Origin: Lama glama
Lineage: Eukaryota
Assembly: GCA_028534125.1 (NCBI GenBank)
Contig: CM052827.1
Span: forward strand, 12,214,001 to 12,278,000
Reading direction: 5' to 3'
DNA: 64,000 bases
Of this stretch, positions 1 through 13,314 are shown piece by piece (positions within the stretch are counted from its first letter, which is position 1; each line of letters begins with the position of its first letter). Both the position numbers and the translations under genes were made by a program. Below the pieces are notes generated by a model that saw nothing but the letters and a program-made list of their open reading frames with translations, searched no databases and had not been told where the DNA came from.

Positions 1-949
1 CTCTTTTACAGATGAAGACACTGAGGCCCAAGACCCCATACCTGAGGAGTGGCAAGGCTGGGATACAAACCCAGGCAATCTCTGGCTTCAAAGCCAGCAC
101 TCTGTGCAGGGCAGACACAGTGAGCAAAAATGGACACTGCCCATTCCCTCGCAAAATTCACAGTCTAGAGGTTCAACAAGTAAAGAAACAAGTGAATAAT
201 CACACTTGAAATCTGAAAACTCTCTAAGCAAAGTCAGTCAAATGAGCCAGTCCCCATCATGGTTGATTCAACACTTCAGAACTGTGGTATTTGCATATTA
301 TGAAGAGACTAGTTTCTAATTGTTATAAAGTAAAATATTCTCAAGCAAGGTGTTGGCCTCAGAAATGAGAGGCAAACATAGGCTAGTAATAACTAATGTT
401 TACTGAGCACCCAACCAGGAGCCAGGCACTCTCTGAATCCCTATAACTGTATTAACTTGTTTAATGCTCACAATAACCTTGTAATGTGGTCATTATCATC
501 ATCGTTATCTCCACCTTACAGATGAGGAAACAGAGGCCCAGAGGGGTAACCCATCTGGAAGGAGCGGTGCCAGGACTAACCCAGGCAATCAGGCAATGGC
601 AGGCACTCACACTGTTTTTTTAATCTGTTAATCAGCATTATTGGACATTAGCAATAGCTGGTCATTTTTAGACTAGGTCTTTTGCAAGCCAGATGGACTC
701 TGCACTGCCAACCAAGAAAAATAAATAAATGACATCAGTCACCCAAAATACACAATCCTAACACCAATAGAGTATTTGCAATGTGCCAGGTGTTGTTCTA
801 AGTAGTTAAGATACGTGAGCTTACTTAACCGTCACAAATACTCTATAAGGCAACACTAACATTATTATCCTCATTTTACAGATGAGAAAACTGAGGCACA
901 GAAAAGTTCAGAAAAGGAGGAACAGAATTAAGATTAAACCCCAGGCAGT

Positions 950-1080
950 GTGAGGGAATAACTCCGTGGTAGAGTGCATGCCTAGCATGCACAAGGCCCT
1001 GGGTTCAATCCCCAGTACTTCCTCTAAAAATAATTAAGTAAACCTAATTAACTCATCCCTCCACAAAATAAATAAATACA
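950..1080 (+). mobile_element. tRNA-derived SINE (camelid Vic-1-like) inserted in a MIR
   Basis: A/B-box-like head (gtggtagag...gggttcaatcccc), aacctaatta tail and A-rich end. TSD taaa(c/g)cccaggcagt at 935-949 and 1081-1095. Confidence 0.85.
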
Positions 1081-2418
1081 TAAAGCCCAGGCAGTCTGGG
1101 TACAGAGGTGGTGTTCTTAACCACCTGGCTATACTGCTTCTCTGAAATGACTAATGTTTTCCTCTTCTTTATACAGTTTAGACCTCACAAGGCACTTTCA
1201 GAAACATACAAGATAAGGGCTATGAAGTAGAGGGTGCTGGTCAGAGGTTAAGGTGGGTGTCTGCTTGCGGCTGGAGTTCAAGGCCTCTCAGGGTAGGGAT
1301 ATTCAGGCTGAGACTCTGGGGATGAGGAATCAGCCCCGTAAACTGCAGGAAAAAGCCCTGGTGAAAGAAGGCTCACCAGACACAAAGGCTAGGAGGCGGA
1401 AAAGAGCCTGGAGCCTCCGGAAAACAGAAAGCAGGCTAGTGTGAACCTTGGTGAGAGGGAGGAGCAGGGAAGTATGGCCAGAGAGCTGGGCAGAGGCCAC
1501 CCGTCTGGCACCTTGCTGTCAGGTGTGGGTGATGTAATCAGAGTGCAGCAGGAAGCCACAGAGCAGGAATGAAATTCACCAACAGTTACCACTTATCGAC
1601 CCTTTATCTGGACTTTGTGCCAAGTAGGTCATATTCACAATTTCATTTCATCTCCCTGCAACACCATGGTTACTGTTTATCTCCATTTTATAAAAACAGA
1701 CTTTGTTGCTCAGGGAGTTGGAGAACAGTTTTTTAAATTGCTGCTGTGCTACTGGAATTTCTTCTACCTACTCTAAAATCTGTTTCTGAGTCTCAGGATT
1801 TAGGGAGATGTTCTATACGCCGCCCCCCACCCGCACCCCCACCCCCACCCGGGGCCGTGCTGCTGAGATTTTACAAATATTACTCACATATTTTCCATAA
1901 TTTAGGGTGGCAATGTGGAATAAGAATCCCACCTTGGTAAGGAAGAAGGAAAGAGAAGGCAGGGGTGAGAGAAGGCAAGATAGAGCTGAGGGAGAGTTGG
2001 AATAGGTTGCACTAGGGACTGAACGCTGGTAGGGATACGAAAGACCCAGCAGGGGGTGAGATCAACGAAAGTGGAAGGGCCCAGAGAGACGTCTAATGGT
2101 GACGCAGGAAGGTTGGACTCAGAGGTGATTAGCAAAACTAAAGTGCCCTCCGAGGTACAGGGCCAGGCAGAAACCCCGGGAATACTCCAGGGGCTGAGGG
2201 TGGGGCCAGGAATGATGAGCAGTACCCCAAAGAGGAGGAGACGGGACAGGAGGAGGAGCCTGGGCTCAGGGGGCGGGGCTCAGGGGACCAGGCGGGCCAG
2301 AGAGCAGCTTGAAGGGTACAAGCTGGGGGCTGATGGGCGGGGCCAAAGATCTAAGGGCGGGACCAAGGAAGGCCAAGGGAACCTGGAACTGGGATGGGCA
2401 GGGCAAGCAGCTCCTCAC

Positions 2419-2595
2419 CCGGTTCTGCACCGTATCCTCGGGCGCCGCCAAGAGTCGCGTCCGCCGCCGGAGGCAGACCGGTGGAGCGGGGGGCGGGGAG
2501 GACTGGGCCCTCCGCGCCGGAACTCCCGCCATGACGGATGGCAGCTTCTCGACTACATCGTTCCGCGCGTAACCTCCGGGCCCCAAGGCCGCCAT
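2419..2595 (-). CDS. WDR62: WD repeat-containing protein 62, coding exon 1 (gene continues beyond the left edge of the window)
   Basis: Translates [59 protein letters not shown], matching the WDR62 N-terminus. 177 nt, followed by a GTGAG donor, in a CpG island head-to-head with THAP8. Confidence 0.96.
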
Positions 2596-3341
2596 CGTCG
2601 CGCCGGAGTCAGGCGACCGTTACACTCCTCAACCGCCGCCGCCGCCGCCACGGCTCACTCGAATAGCGAACGTCCGCGGGAAAGCCGGCTCCGCCGCCCA
2701 TTGGACGCAGCAGGCCGCTGGTCTAACCAATCTTAGGGTTGCCGGGCAGCTGTTTTGACCAATGAGGGCTAAGGGGCGGAGCAGAGTGTCTGGCAAGATG
2801 GAGCCACCGTCCGTCAACTTGATGCTCGATCGAGCGTTGTAGGGTATTTTTTATCCCGTCTGAGTTTTCATCATTCACTAAATATACAGGTCTTAACTTT
2901 CGAGGCTAAGGCTAAAGCCGTCTCACCTCGCTTTTTGCTGACCTCCACTCCACCCCAGAGTGACTAGCCCCACAGTGGCAGTCGCCCGGATGTAAGAGTA
3001 GGGTGGAGCTTGAAGAGACTGAAGGGTTGGCGCAGACTCAGAAACGCCGTGACGCTGCCCTCCCTCGACACGTGATAAGGTCCGGTTGGCTAAGAGCTGG
3101 TTTTGCGCAGACGTGCTCGCTTTTCACCATCTGCCAAGTGATGAGGGCGTAGCTGTTGTAGCGCGGCAGGGTGCGTAGTACGCAGGCGCTCCCTACCCTT
3201 CCCCCCCGGCACGTGACGAGGCACTAAGGGCCGTCACGTGAGGCAGGCAGAGAGCACGCGGGCGGGGTGGGGTTTGGCGGCGCTCGGCGAGGACCAAAGT
3301 AAGGCTGCAGACCCGGCAAAACCCAATTGGGTTGGACAGCC
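2596..3341. promoter_or_regulatory. Bidirectional CpG-island promoter of WDR62 and THAP8
   Basis: CpG-rich interval between divergent ATGs. CCAAT/ATTGG at 2700, 2727 and 2759; GGGGCGG at ~2772; CACGTG E-boxes at 3069, 3210 and 3235 (GTCACGTGA 3233-3241). Confidence 0.85.
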
Positions 3342-6300
3342 ATGCCCAAGTACTGCAGGGCTCCGAACTGCTCCAACACTGCGGGCCAGCTGGGCGCGGA
3401 CAACCGCCCGGTGAGCTTCTACAAGTGAGCACAAGCGAGGGGCGGGGCTTGCAGGGAGGCGGGCCCTGTGGGGGCGGGGCCCGAGGATAAATGCGCTGAG
3501 CAGGGCACCTGGCCCAGCTTGCAGGCGTCTAGTAAACAAGGTGGAAATATGGTATTCCCGGCGTTTCACTAGCAATAAACACGGTACCTGTAAAGGTGCA
3601 GATGCGTAAAACAGCAGGGGTAGACGATTAACTGCAGGTGGTGAACGGGGCGAGCGGAAGAAGGGGAGGGTTGTGTAGAGAAGTGAGTATGGTCCAGGCT
3701 CGGTAAGAGCCTACAACTGCCCGTTCACCATCTCTACTAATTAGAGTCATCTCAAACTCAAAACACCCGAAACCAAGCTCCTGATTTTGTCTCTCCCAAA
3801 ACCTTCCATAACGTTTCCTATCTTAGTTAATAGCTTTCCATTTTTCATGTTGTTCAGGCTAGAAACCCTTAGCGTCATGCTTATCTCCTACCTTTCCTCA
3901 AACCTGAGAAAGCAAAAATTAGCCTGAACTGTTAAAAAAAAAAGGCACCCCCCCATCATTTATTTAACAGACACGGGAAAAGCCAGCTGAAGAGTTAATA
4001 GGAAAAAATATTGTTATATTTTTCTCAGGGACGTTGCTGCTCATGTAAAGTGAAGAAACTCCTCATCTTTGAATGACTACTGCTTTCTTACTAGGAAGCT
4101 TTGTTTTCTAAAGTCATAGGTTATCGCAGACTTTGCTGTTTGAAATTACATCAGTAAGAATGAAACATCTTACCTAGGGCCGGGAAAAGTTGTCACTTTG
4201 ACACAGAATAGCAACCTTGGTTTACAATCCAGGTGCTGAGCTTTGCGTAAGGGGTTTCTGGACACAGTATTTCACATCTATCCAAACTTTATTGCTTCCA
4301 AGGAGACAGGCCCCTGAGCCCACTTTGCCATCTAGACCTGATTTTGATCCCACAGTTCTCTTTGCTTTGAACCTATCTAAACTCTATTTCATTTACACCT
4401 CACCTGAATTTCACTCATCTCCCAAACTCAAAAACTTTTTTCCTCTGTTTGGCAAGGCTTCCTCACAGGACCTCTGGTGTGCAGTCTCCCTTATTGCCCT
4501 GGTAAATAAACCAATTTCTTGGACTTCCCCTTCCAATTGCGCTATTTTATTGGCCTCTTCATTCGTCAGCCTGCTCCCACAGTCTGTCCCCCACACACAG
4601 TCACAGGGAAACTGTGAACACCAGAGTCATATCAGGGCCCTCCTTATCTCAGGTCCCTCCCCTGACTCCTACTTGACTCTGTAAAAGCCAAGACAGGCTG
4701 GCACAGGCACAAAACAGGCCTACAAAGTCTTACAGGAGCTGATCCCCTTATCTCCCTCCTGCCCCTCCCTCAGTCTGCCTGTTGGATATTCCGCTAGCTC
4801 ATCAGGCACATTATTGCTCCAGGGCCTTTGCCTGTGCCATTTCCTCTGCCTGGAAAGTTCTTCCCTTTATGACCACCACTCTGTAAAATGATAGCCCTCT
4901 CCCGGTCCTACATATTCTCACTACTTGCCTCCTGTTTTATTTTTCCCTTTAACACAACTGTCCGGCATACCACATATTAGATATATTCATTTATTGCCTC
5001 CTCCACTAGAATGTCAGCTCCAGGAAGGCAGGGATTTTTGTCTGTCTGACTCCCTGGGGTGTCCTCAGCACTTATAACAGTGCCTGGCACATAGTGGATA
5101 TTTAGTAAATTCTTTTTGGATGGAATAAATGAATGCATTTCAGATGGGCTCCCCAGGAAACCCAGCACTGTGTCCCAGCTATCCCTTGAGGGACCCTGGT
5201 TCAGGGAAGGAGGAGTGCAGAGGAGTCTTTGAACCTGAATCAGTATGCCCAGACTTGCTTTTAAAAATCTATCACTCTGGCACTGTTTATTAATTCAGCA
5301 GCTCTAGGTGTCTCCTGGAGTAAGTAAGCCCCTGCTGGACACCGGGACCCTGACCGATCTTGCTCTTGCTCTTGCTCATGAGTAGGTGAGGGGTCAGACA
5401 CTGAAGAACTGAGTACACAACTTGATTCGTTCTTTTCCTCAGCACTACTGCTCCCAATCTAGTCCCTTAACCCATCCATTGACTCTACCTACCAGTGCAT
5501 CCCCAACCTGCAGCAAGCACAGCAAAACACCTAACACCTTGGCTATACAGTTATAAATGCAAATGGCAGGCTCCTAACTAAACTATTAGGAAATAAGAGG
5601 GAAAAACCCACAATCCAGGTCTGACCACTTCTTAATCACCTCCACTGTCGCAGCGTGGTCCAGGCTACCATCATCTCTTAGCGGGACACTGTGATAGCTG
5701 CCTGCTAGTCTCCCTGCTTCCCATGCTTGCCTCCCTTACAGCTACAATAGCTTACTTAGAGAACACTTATTGTTTGCCAGGTACTCTTCTCAGTGCTTCA
5801 CATATAATAATGAGAACAGTGACAACTCTACTTAGCAGCCAGTAACCATATAAAAAGCAGTTCCTGTCTGTTTAAATCCCACCAGGCTGTTCCTCACCCA
5901 GGCTAAGCCATTCCCACCTCAAGGCCCCTCCCTGAATTTTGATAAGAGTTGAGTGAGAAGCAGTTTTCAAAGGAGATTCAAGAGCAGGCATAGATGCTAG
6001 CCCAGAAGAAGGTGAAACATTGAAGGAAGTGACTCCTAGGAGATAACTGGAAAGTCCTGCCTGGGTGCCAGAGGAAGCATTCATTAGCTGTGTTTTAGCC
6101 TCTTTTAGGAACAACTGACAGTCATCTCTCATGGGGGAGCCTGTCATGCAGGAATTGCATCTGTCTGGCAGTTCACAAAGTCCTGAAATGATAGCAGCTT
6201 AACCAAATTATGGGGTCTGTAGGAATCAGTATGGTTACATTATGGTACAGTAACAAACTCACAAAATCTCAGTGGCTTACTGCAACAGAGATTTATTTCT

Positions 6301-9300
6301 CACTCACACTAGGATCCTTTGCAGGCCATGTGTGGCCCTGCTCTGCTGTATCTTAACTGGAGACTCTGGCTGAAGGAGCTGCTCCTACATAGAACGTTGC
6401 TGGTCTTTTTGTGTGTGTATGTGGAGGGATGGATAGGAAGAGAAAATAGAGAGAATCACCCCATGGCTCCTGGTACACTGTATGTTTAGAAGTGGCCCAT
6501 GTCACTTTTACTGCTCTGGCCAAAGCAAGTCTATAGCAAGCCTCAGGTCAGTGGAGTGGAAAATGTGTATCTTAGTGTGGGGCAGGGTAGCAAATGTTTT
6601 CAACAATAGTACAGTCTACCATAAGGTTTGTTTTTCTCTCATATGCAACAAGTAGAGAGGTTGGCAGACCAACACTGGTGTTGCAGCTCCAGTCATCAGG
6701 GATGAGGGTCCCATCTTTCATGTCATCCTTGGCATGAGCTTCTGCCCAAGATGGCTGCCGGGTGTCCCAGCGATCAGGCCCTACGATTCCTGTTAGAGAG
6801 GAAAGAGAAGGGAGGAAGAGCAAAAGGGGCTCAACTCTGTACTGAGCCAGTCCCCTTACAAAGCCAACCCAGCAAGCCAACCCAAGGGTGAGTTCTTCAT
6901 CATTGGTTACACCCAATTCCCAGCAAAGGAGGCTGGGAAATGTAGTCTTTTAGCTGGGCATTTAACCACCCTGAAGACATTTTGAGTTATATTAGTAATG
7001 AAGAAGAGAACTAGCAGTGCTCTAGATGGGATGACCGGCAAGACTGAAATATTCTACAAAAGTGGACTGGTTGTCCGCTTAAGGTAGATTTTTAGAGGAG
7101 GACATTTTCCACTATAAATGTTGCCATCCGGAGAAACAAAAGAGAATGAAAACAAGATCAAATTAGGAAGAGCTGTTTGGTTTTTTAAAAAATGATACTC
7201 GCTTTCCTCCTTTGCCCCTTGAGCTACTTCTGATTCCGTTTCAAGGTACCATCCTTCACGTTCAAGGTACCATCCCAGATGTCCCACACAACACACAAGT
7301 ATTCACTGGCCAGAACTTAGTTACAGGGCCCCACCGATGGCAGAGGAAGCTAGGAAACAGTTGTTCAGCAGGGCACAACATTGTGGCCTCGGGAAAAGTT
7401 GTGGAAGTTGCAGTTTGTTAGTTAAGGAAGAAGACGAGCATGCGTACGGAGTAATCAGTTGGCAGTCTCTGCCCAGGAGCGGGTGGGAAGTGCTGCTACA
7501 AGGGATTTTATGTGCCCGTCCAGGCAGAATGAGGCTGGTGAAAGCATTTGGATCTCAGATTGAGGCTGAAGGAACTGCAGCAGCCAGAGTCCCTGGCTCT
7601 GTGCCTGGGGGTTCTGCTCTTTGGATGCTGCGGCTCTTCTCTGAGTCAGCCCTTGCCCCCCCCCCACTTCCCTCTCTTCTGCCTTTTGCCAGAGAAGTCT
7701 TGCTTTTCTGCCCCTGCCACCAACCTCTGCCCACCCGATCCACCTCCTCCCCGAGAGTGGCCTCTTTAGTTTCTTATGTGTCTTTCCCAGTGTTTCTCCA
7801 TGCAAATACAAGCAAATCTGAATGTATGTTCTTATTTCCCCCTTCATTAGTTTTCTGTAGCTGCTGTTACAAACATGGTGACTGAACAGGAATTATTCTC
7901 TCACAATCCAGATCAGTTTTACTAGGCCAAAATCAAAGGGTCAACTCTACACACACATATGTGCATAGAAAACTGGCAAAATCTGAGTAAGATTTGTGTA
8001 GTTGTACCAACGGCAATTTCCTGGTTTTGTTTTTGTTGTTGAGACATTACTGTTGGGGGAGACTGACTGAAGAGTACACAGGACTTCTTTGTACTTCTTT
8101 TTAAGCTTACTGTGAATCTATTTCAAAATAAAACAATAATAACAAAAAAAGAAATCTTGTGAAATCAAGGTGTCAGCAAGGCTGCATTCGCTGGGAGGCT
8201 CCAGGGGAAAATCTGTCCCTTGTATCTTCCAGTTTCTGGTGTCGTCAGGCATTCCTTGGCTCGTGGCCATCACTCCAATCTCTGATTCCGCGGTCACATT
8301 GCCTTCCCCTCTTTCATCTGTGGTAATATATTCTTCTGCCTCCCTCTTATAAGAATACTTGTGATTGCATTTAGGGCCAATGGGGATGATCTAGGATGAT
8401 TTCCCCGTCTCAAGATCCTTAGCTTAATTACATCTTTTGTCATGAGTTGTAATATTCACAGGTTCCAGGGATTAGGATATGGATATCTTTTTTGGTGGGG
8501 GGCATGACTCAGCCTACCACAATTGCTAAATGCTGATATATTACTATATTTGGAACCTTGCTTTTTTCACATAATATTTGCCAAAACAGTAGCATGTCAG
8601 TTCATACAGTGCCTTCATAGTCTGTTTCACAGCTGTATAGTATTCCTTTGTGTGCACATGCCAGAGTTTATTTTTCTCCTAAGAATAGTGCTGTTCCCCA
8701 CTCTCTAACACTCCTTACTCTTCCTTTTTAACAAAGAGAGAACAGCCAGTAAAGGTATCCGGGTGTTTTTATGGTTAACTCCTATTTATGGAATTGATAC
8801 TGGTTTTCCATTTTCAGGGGGTATAAAGTTTCTAAAAGGTATCCTTGTTTAATACTTAAAGTTGGTCCATTTTAAGAAAAATATTAAGTAAAGTCACAGA
8901 TATGGAAGACACTATGAAGGTGGGATGTGGATGACGGACTGTATTAGTTACCTAATGCTACATACAAACTATCCCCAAAATTAGCAGCTTAAAATAAACC
9001 TTTTCTCACAGTTTCTGGCAGCTGCCATAAAACAGAGACTTGCCCGGCCTTAATCATGTGGCCACCCCTAGCTGCAAATGAACCTGAGAAATGAGCTCTT
9101 TATTGTGGGCAGCCTTGAGCCCAGGTCTAAACAGAAAGTATATTGCTATAAAAGAGGGCAAAAACAGAAGTTGGGGACAATAGCACCAAGTCACAGGAGT
9201 AGTGGGACACCTGTAGAGGGTGCCTTTTCAGATAATCCCCACCCACTCCCACTGGGAAAGCTTTTATTTAGTTCATTTTATAAAAAAAAAAATTTTAAAT

Positions 9301-12300
9301 TAAAAAAATGTTTAATTGTGGAAAGACATATAAAATCTACCATATTAACCATTTTAAAGTTCATTAGTATTAAGCATATTCACATTGTTGTGCAACCCAT
9401 CTCCAGAACTTTTTCATCTTGCAAAACAGAAACTCTGTACCCACTGAACAAGAACAGCCCCTGGCAACTACCGTCCTACTTTCTGTGAATCTGACTACTC
9501 TAGATAACTCATACAAGTGGAGTCATACAGTATTTGGGGGTTTTGTGAGTGGTTTATTTCACTTACCATAATGTACTGAAGGTTCATCCACATTATAGCA
9601 TGAGTCAAAATTGCCTTCTGTTTAACGCTGAATAATATTTCATTGAATGTATATACCACATTTTGCTGATCTATTCATTTGCTGATGGACNNNNNNNNNN
9701 NNNNNNNNNNNNNNNNNNNNNNNNNNNNNNNNNNNNNNNNNNNNNNNNNNNNNNNNNNNNNNNNNNNNNNNNNNNNNNNNNNNNNNNNNNNNNNNNNNNN
9801 NNNNNNNNNNNNNNNNNNNNNNNNNNNNNNNNNNNNNNNNNNNNNNNNNNNNNNNNNNNNNNNNNNNNNNNGCTCCATTTTGCATTCCCACCAGCAGTGC
9901 CCAGGGTTCCAGTTTCTGCACATCTTTGCCAACATTTGTTATTTTGTTTTTTTAAATAGTAGCCATTCTAATGGTNNNNNNNNNNNNNNNNNNNNNNNNN
10001 NNNNNNNNNNNNNNNNNNNNNNNNNNNNNNNNNNNNNNNNNNNNNNNNNNNNNNNNNNNNNNNNNNNNNNNNNNNNNNNNNNNNNNNNNNNNNNNNNNNN
10101 NNNNNNNNGGGTTATTGTTTTTGTTGTTGTTGTTAAGTTGCTTAAAAACCTTTTGATGTGTTTTCAAGCATACACAAAAAATAGAGTTGTTGATAAATGA
10201 ATCCTCATGTATCCATTACTCAATTTACACCAGTTGTCAACATTTTGCTAATCTTTTTTGTATACCTTCCTCCCACATACACCTTTAATGCAATATTTTA
10301 AAGTAAATTCCAGACATTAGGTATTTTATCCATAAGTATTTCAGAATATTTTCCCAATAGATGATTATTTTAGAAGCTTAAACCAATACAATTATCATGC
10401 ATACCAAAATTAATTTCTTGCAATTATCTAATACCCAGTTCATGTTCAGTTTCCCCCAACTGTGTTAAAATGTCTTTTTGCAGAATGGTTTGCTGCAACC
10501 CCTGCCTTTGGGTTGATGTTTCTTAAATCTCTTTTAATCCATAATTCCACCCCCACAGCCATGAATGTGGAGTCTTCCACATTCTAGATTTGTCCAATTT
10601 TGTAAACTGCTCCCTTAGGTTCATGTGGAGGAGCAGACTGGGGGCCCAGGGGTGGGAGGGAGAGTGGCAGTGGATAGGGAAACTAGGAAGGGGCTGTTAC
10701 AAAAACCCACCCAGGAGAGGACAGAGGCTGGGTGCGAGGGACAGCCAGGGTGGGAGAGGTAGGCTGATGCCAGGTGTTTAAAAGATGGAGAGCCTAAGGA
10801 GTGGATGTGGGGAGGAGGTAGAGAGCCTGGTTGGGAGGCTGGGCCAGATTCTGGCCCAGGGGAGGCCGAGATTTGGAGTCCGTGGACCTCGGGTGTTTGT
10901 GGGGCGTGTCCGTAGCAAGGACCTGATATCACTGACCACCCCCCCCCCCCGGCAGGTTCCCACTGAAGGATGGCCCCCGGCTGCAGGCCTGGTTGAGGCA
11001 CATGGGCCGGGAGCACTGGGTGCCCAGCTGCCATCAGCACCTGTGCAGCGAGCACTTCGCCCCCTCCTGCTTCCAGTGGCGCTGGGGTGTGCGCTACCTA
11101 CGGCCAGATGCTGTGCCCTCCATTTTCTCCCGGGCGCCGCCCGCCAAGGTGAGCTCAGGGAGGTCCTGCTGCTGAAGTCTGATCCCCAGGCGTCCCCTCC
11201 TGCGGGAAGTCCCTCCTGGAGTCTGACTCTCAGCCCCCCCCTCCTAAGAGAAGAAGTTCTTCCCTGAGGTCTAGCCTTACTGAGGGAAGTCCTTCCTGGA
11301 GTCTGATCCCGAGCCCTCCACTCCTGAGGAAATCTCCCTTGGAGCCCAGCCCTGATGTCCCCCACCCCCACCCCGTGCTTTGTCTTCCAGAGGCAGCAGA
11401 ATGCCCGGAGCGCCGAGAAACCAGTCCTGCCTGCGCCTCCGCAGGAGGCCACGTCCCAGTCCCCTGGCCCAGCGGTCCCACCGTCTGGCCCTGTACACCT
11501 TGTGGTGCTGGGGCCAGCATCCGGAGGCCCCGAGGCCCCCGCCACCGTGTTCCTGACGCCCCTGCCGGCTCCCAAGGGGCCGCGCCCTGGAGTCTCGGCC
11601 CAGCACCCCCGGGCGGGGCTGGGCGCGGCGCTGGGAGCGCTGCAGCGGCGGGTGCGGCGGCTCCAGCGGCGCCACGAGCGGCACCAGGCGCAGCTGCGGG
11701 CTCTGGAACAGCTGGCGCAGCAGCTGCGCGCCGAGAGCCTGCTGGCGCGCGCGCGCCGGGGCCTGCTGTGCGCGGTGAGTGCCCCCGCCTGGCCCACCCG
11801 CCTGCGGTCCCCTTTATACCGGAGTCCAGTCCTTAGAACATTTCACCCGTGTTTCCAAATTTCGGGCTTGAAAAAACCGATCTGGCAATGGCAAGCAACT
11901 ATCGGTAGGAGCTGAGTAGTGGCCGCCCCGTTTATTAATAATAATATTTAAGAAGCCTTTATTCTCTGCCAGACATAGTTAATAACTCATTGAAAGCTCT
12001 CCATGACCTTGATATTGCTCTTGTGCCCATTTTCCAGATGAAAAAACCAAAGCACAGAGTGGTCCAGTATTTTGCCCAAAGTCAGTAAGTGGCAGAGCAG
12101 GGATTCAAACCCTGGTGTCTGGCTCCAGAGGAGGCCTGTGCTCTTCTCTTGGAGGGCTCCCTGCCTGGCAGGTAAAGAACTTGAGTCTGCAACTCTATCC
12201 TAGTCTTCCGGGCCGGATCTAAGGACCCTTTGCCCTTATATTTTACCGCTGAGTATTTTCCAGGGCTGGGGGTTGGGGGGATCGTGTGTTTAAAAATCAA

Positions 12301-13314
12301 AGTTTAACCAGGTGTGTTCCCTGCTTCAAACTCCAGGGTCAAGCTTGAGGTCCCAGGTCCCAGGTTCCTGCCTGGACAAGGGAAGTGGGAGGGGGTTTCA
12401 GAAAGCCCCTGAGGTCCCTCGGTAGCTGACACCAGTGGGTTGGACCTAGCCCACAGACATGAATTATTTGGCCTCTACAATGCTTTAAAACATTTTCTGG
12501 TCTTTCCTGAAGGCTCAGCAGACCTAGCAGCAGGGAGTTCCTATCCCCAGACAGTAGCAGTCAGCTGGAGCTCCAGTGGCTGCCCCTGGAGACCGGGGCC
12601 TGAACCATGCCGGGGCACAAGAGGGACACACAGTGGGGCGAGGACAGAACTCAGACCCAGGCCTGGGGCTCTTCACCGAGCCTGCTGGGGCCCCTGGGCT
12701 GACAGCGTCTTTCTCTGCCTCTCCTGCCCCCATTCCATCCCTGTCTCCCCAATCTCTTCCTCTCTCCCCGACATTCACCTTTGTCTTTCTGCCCCCCATC
12801 TCTCTGTCATCCATTTATCTTCCCCCTTCCCCATGTCTCTCTTCTTCTGTATCTTTGTCTCATATCTATGTCCCTGTCTCTCTGTGCCTACATTTCTCCC
12901 ATCCCCCATATCTCTCTCTCCCTGTCTTTGTCCCCCCACATCTCTCTCCCTGTTTTCCCACACCTCTTAATTCCCTCCTGAGTGTCTCTCTGATTCTCAC
13001 ATCTCTTTCCTCACATCTCTTCTGTTTCCTGACACCCTCCCTTCCATCTCTACCTCCCTGTTTCTCACCATTTCTCCCCCTGCCCAACCTTTTCCTTCCC
13101 TCCTTCCCTCCTCTCACTTCCCTCGTTCCCCTGTGTCCTCCATCTCTACCACTTCTTTGCCTGGGCGGCCTAGCACCCTGGACCTGAGGAATCCCAAGCC
13201 TTCACCATCATCTGTGGAGGGCCCGAAATAGCTGTGGTCCTTGCCCAAGGTCCTGCACCTCCCACACTGGACGCCAAGCCTGAGCTCCTGGACACTCAGA
13301 CTCCCAGTGTATAA
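3342..13314 (+). CDS. THAP8: THAP domain-containing protein 8, 266 aa; exons 3342-3424, 10956-11148, 11391-11774, 13174-13314
   Basis: THAP zinc finger MPKYCRAPNC...SFYKFPLKD...WLRHMG...LCSEHF...LRPDAVPSIF; coiled coil ALGALQRRVRRLQRRHERH; C-terminus GPEESQAFTIICGGPEIAVVLAQ. All junctions GT/AG; 801 nt in frame. Confidence 0.95.
3905..4568 (+). mobile_element. Probable solo ERV LTR in THAP8 intron 1
   Basis: TG...CA ends, AATAAA at 4505-4510 and an LTR-like U3/R/U5 layout, apparently interrupting an L2-like fragment. No clear TSD. Confidence 0.55.
7850..8522. mobile_element. MaLR (MLT1-like) LTR interrupted by an old L1 3'-end fragment (~7945-8155)
   Basis: MLT1-type text (aatcaaggtgtcagcaaggctg...ttcacaggttccagggattagg). 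The A-tailed insert is flanked by aaatcaaagggtca and aaatcaaggtgtca. Confidence 0.65.
9280..10140 (-). mobile_element. L1 (L1M-type) 3' fragment containing two assembly gaps (N 9691-9871 and 9976-10108)
   Basis: Typical antisense L1 3' UTR phrases (cattcacattgttgtgcaacc-like, ttttgcattcccaccagcagtg, atagtagccattcta). Confidence 0.75.
11158..11350 (+). repeat. Degenerate ~40-bp tandem repeat filling THAP8 intron 2
   Basis: About 5 copies of a gaagtcc..cctggagtctga-like core. Confidence 0.65.

Noticed and set aside
9640-10200. ORFs containing X runs
   Set aside because: They span assembly gaps within an L1 fragment.
10778-11797. 339-aa antisense ORF over THAP8, and 226-aa ORF 2056-2736 opposite WDR62
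   Set aside because: Stop-poor GC-rich shadows of real exons and CpG islands, with no recognisable domain.
12440-13187. Long ORFs in the pyrimidine tract of THAP8 intron 3 and in the purine tract at 50690-51600
   Set aside because: Low-complexity composition artefacts.
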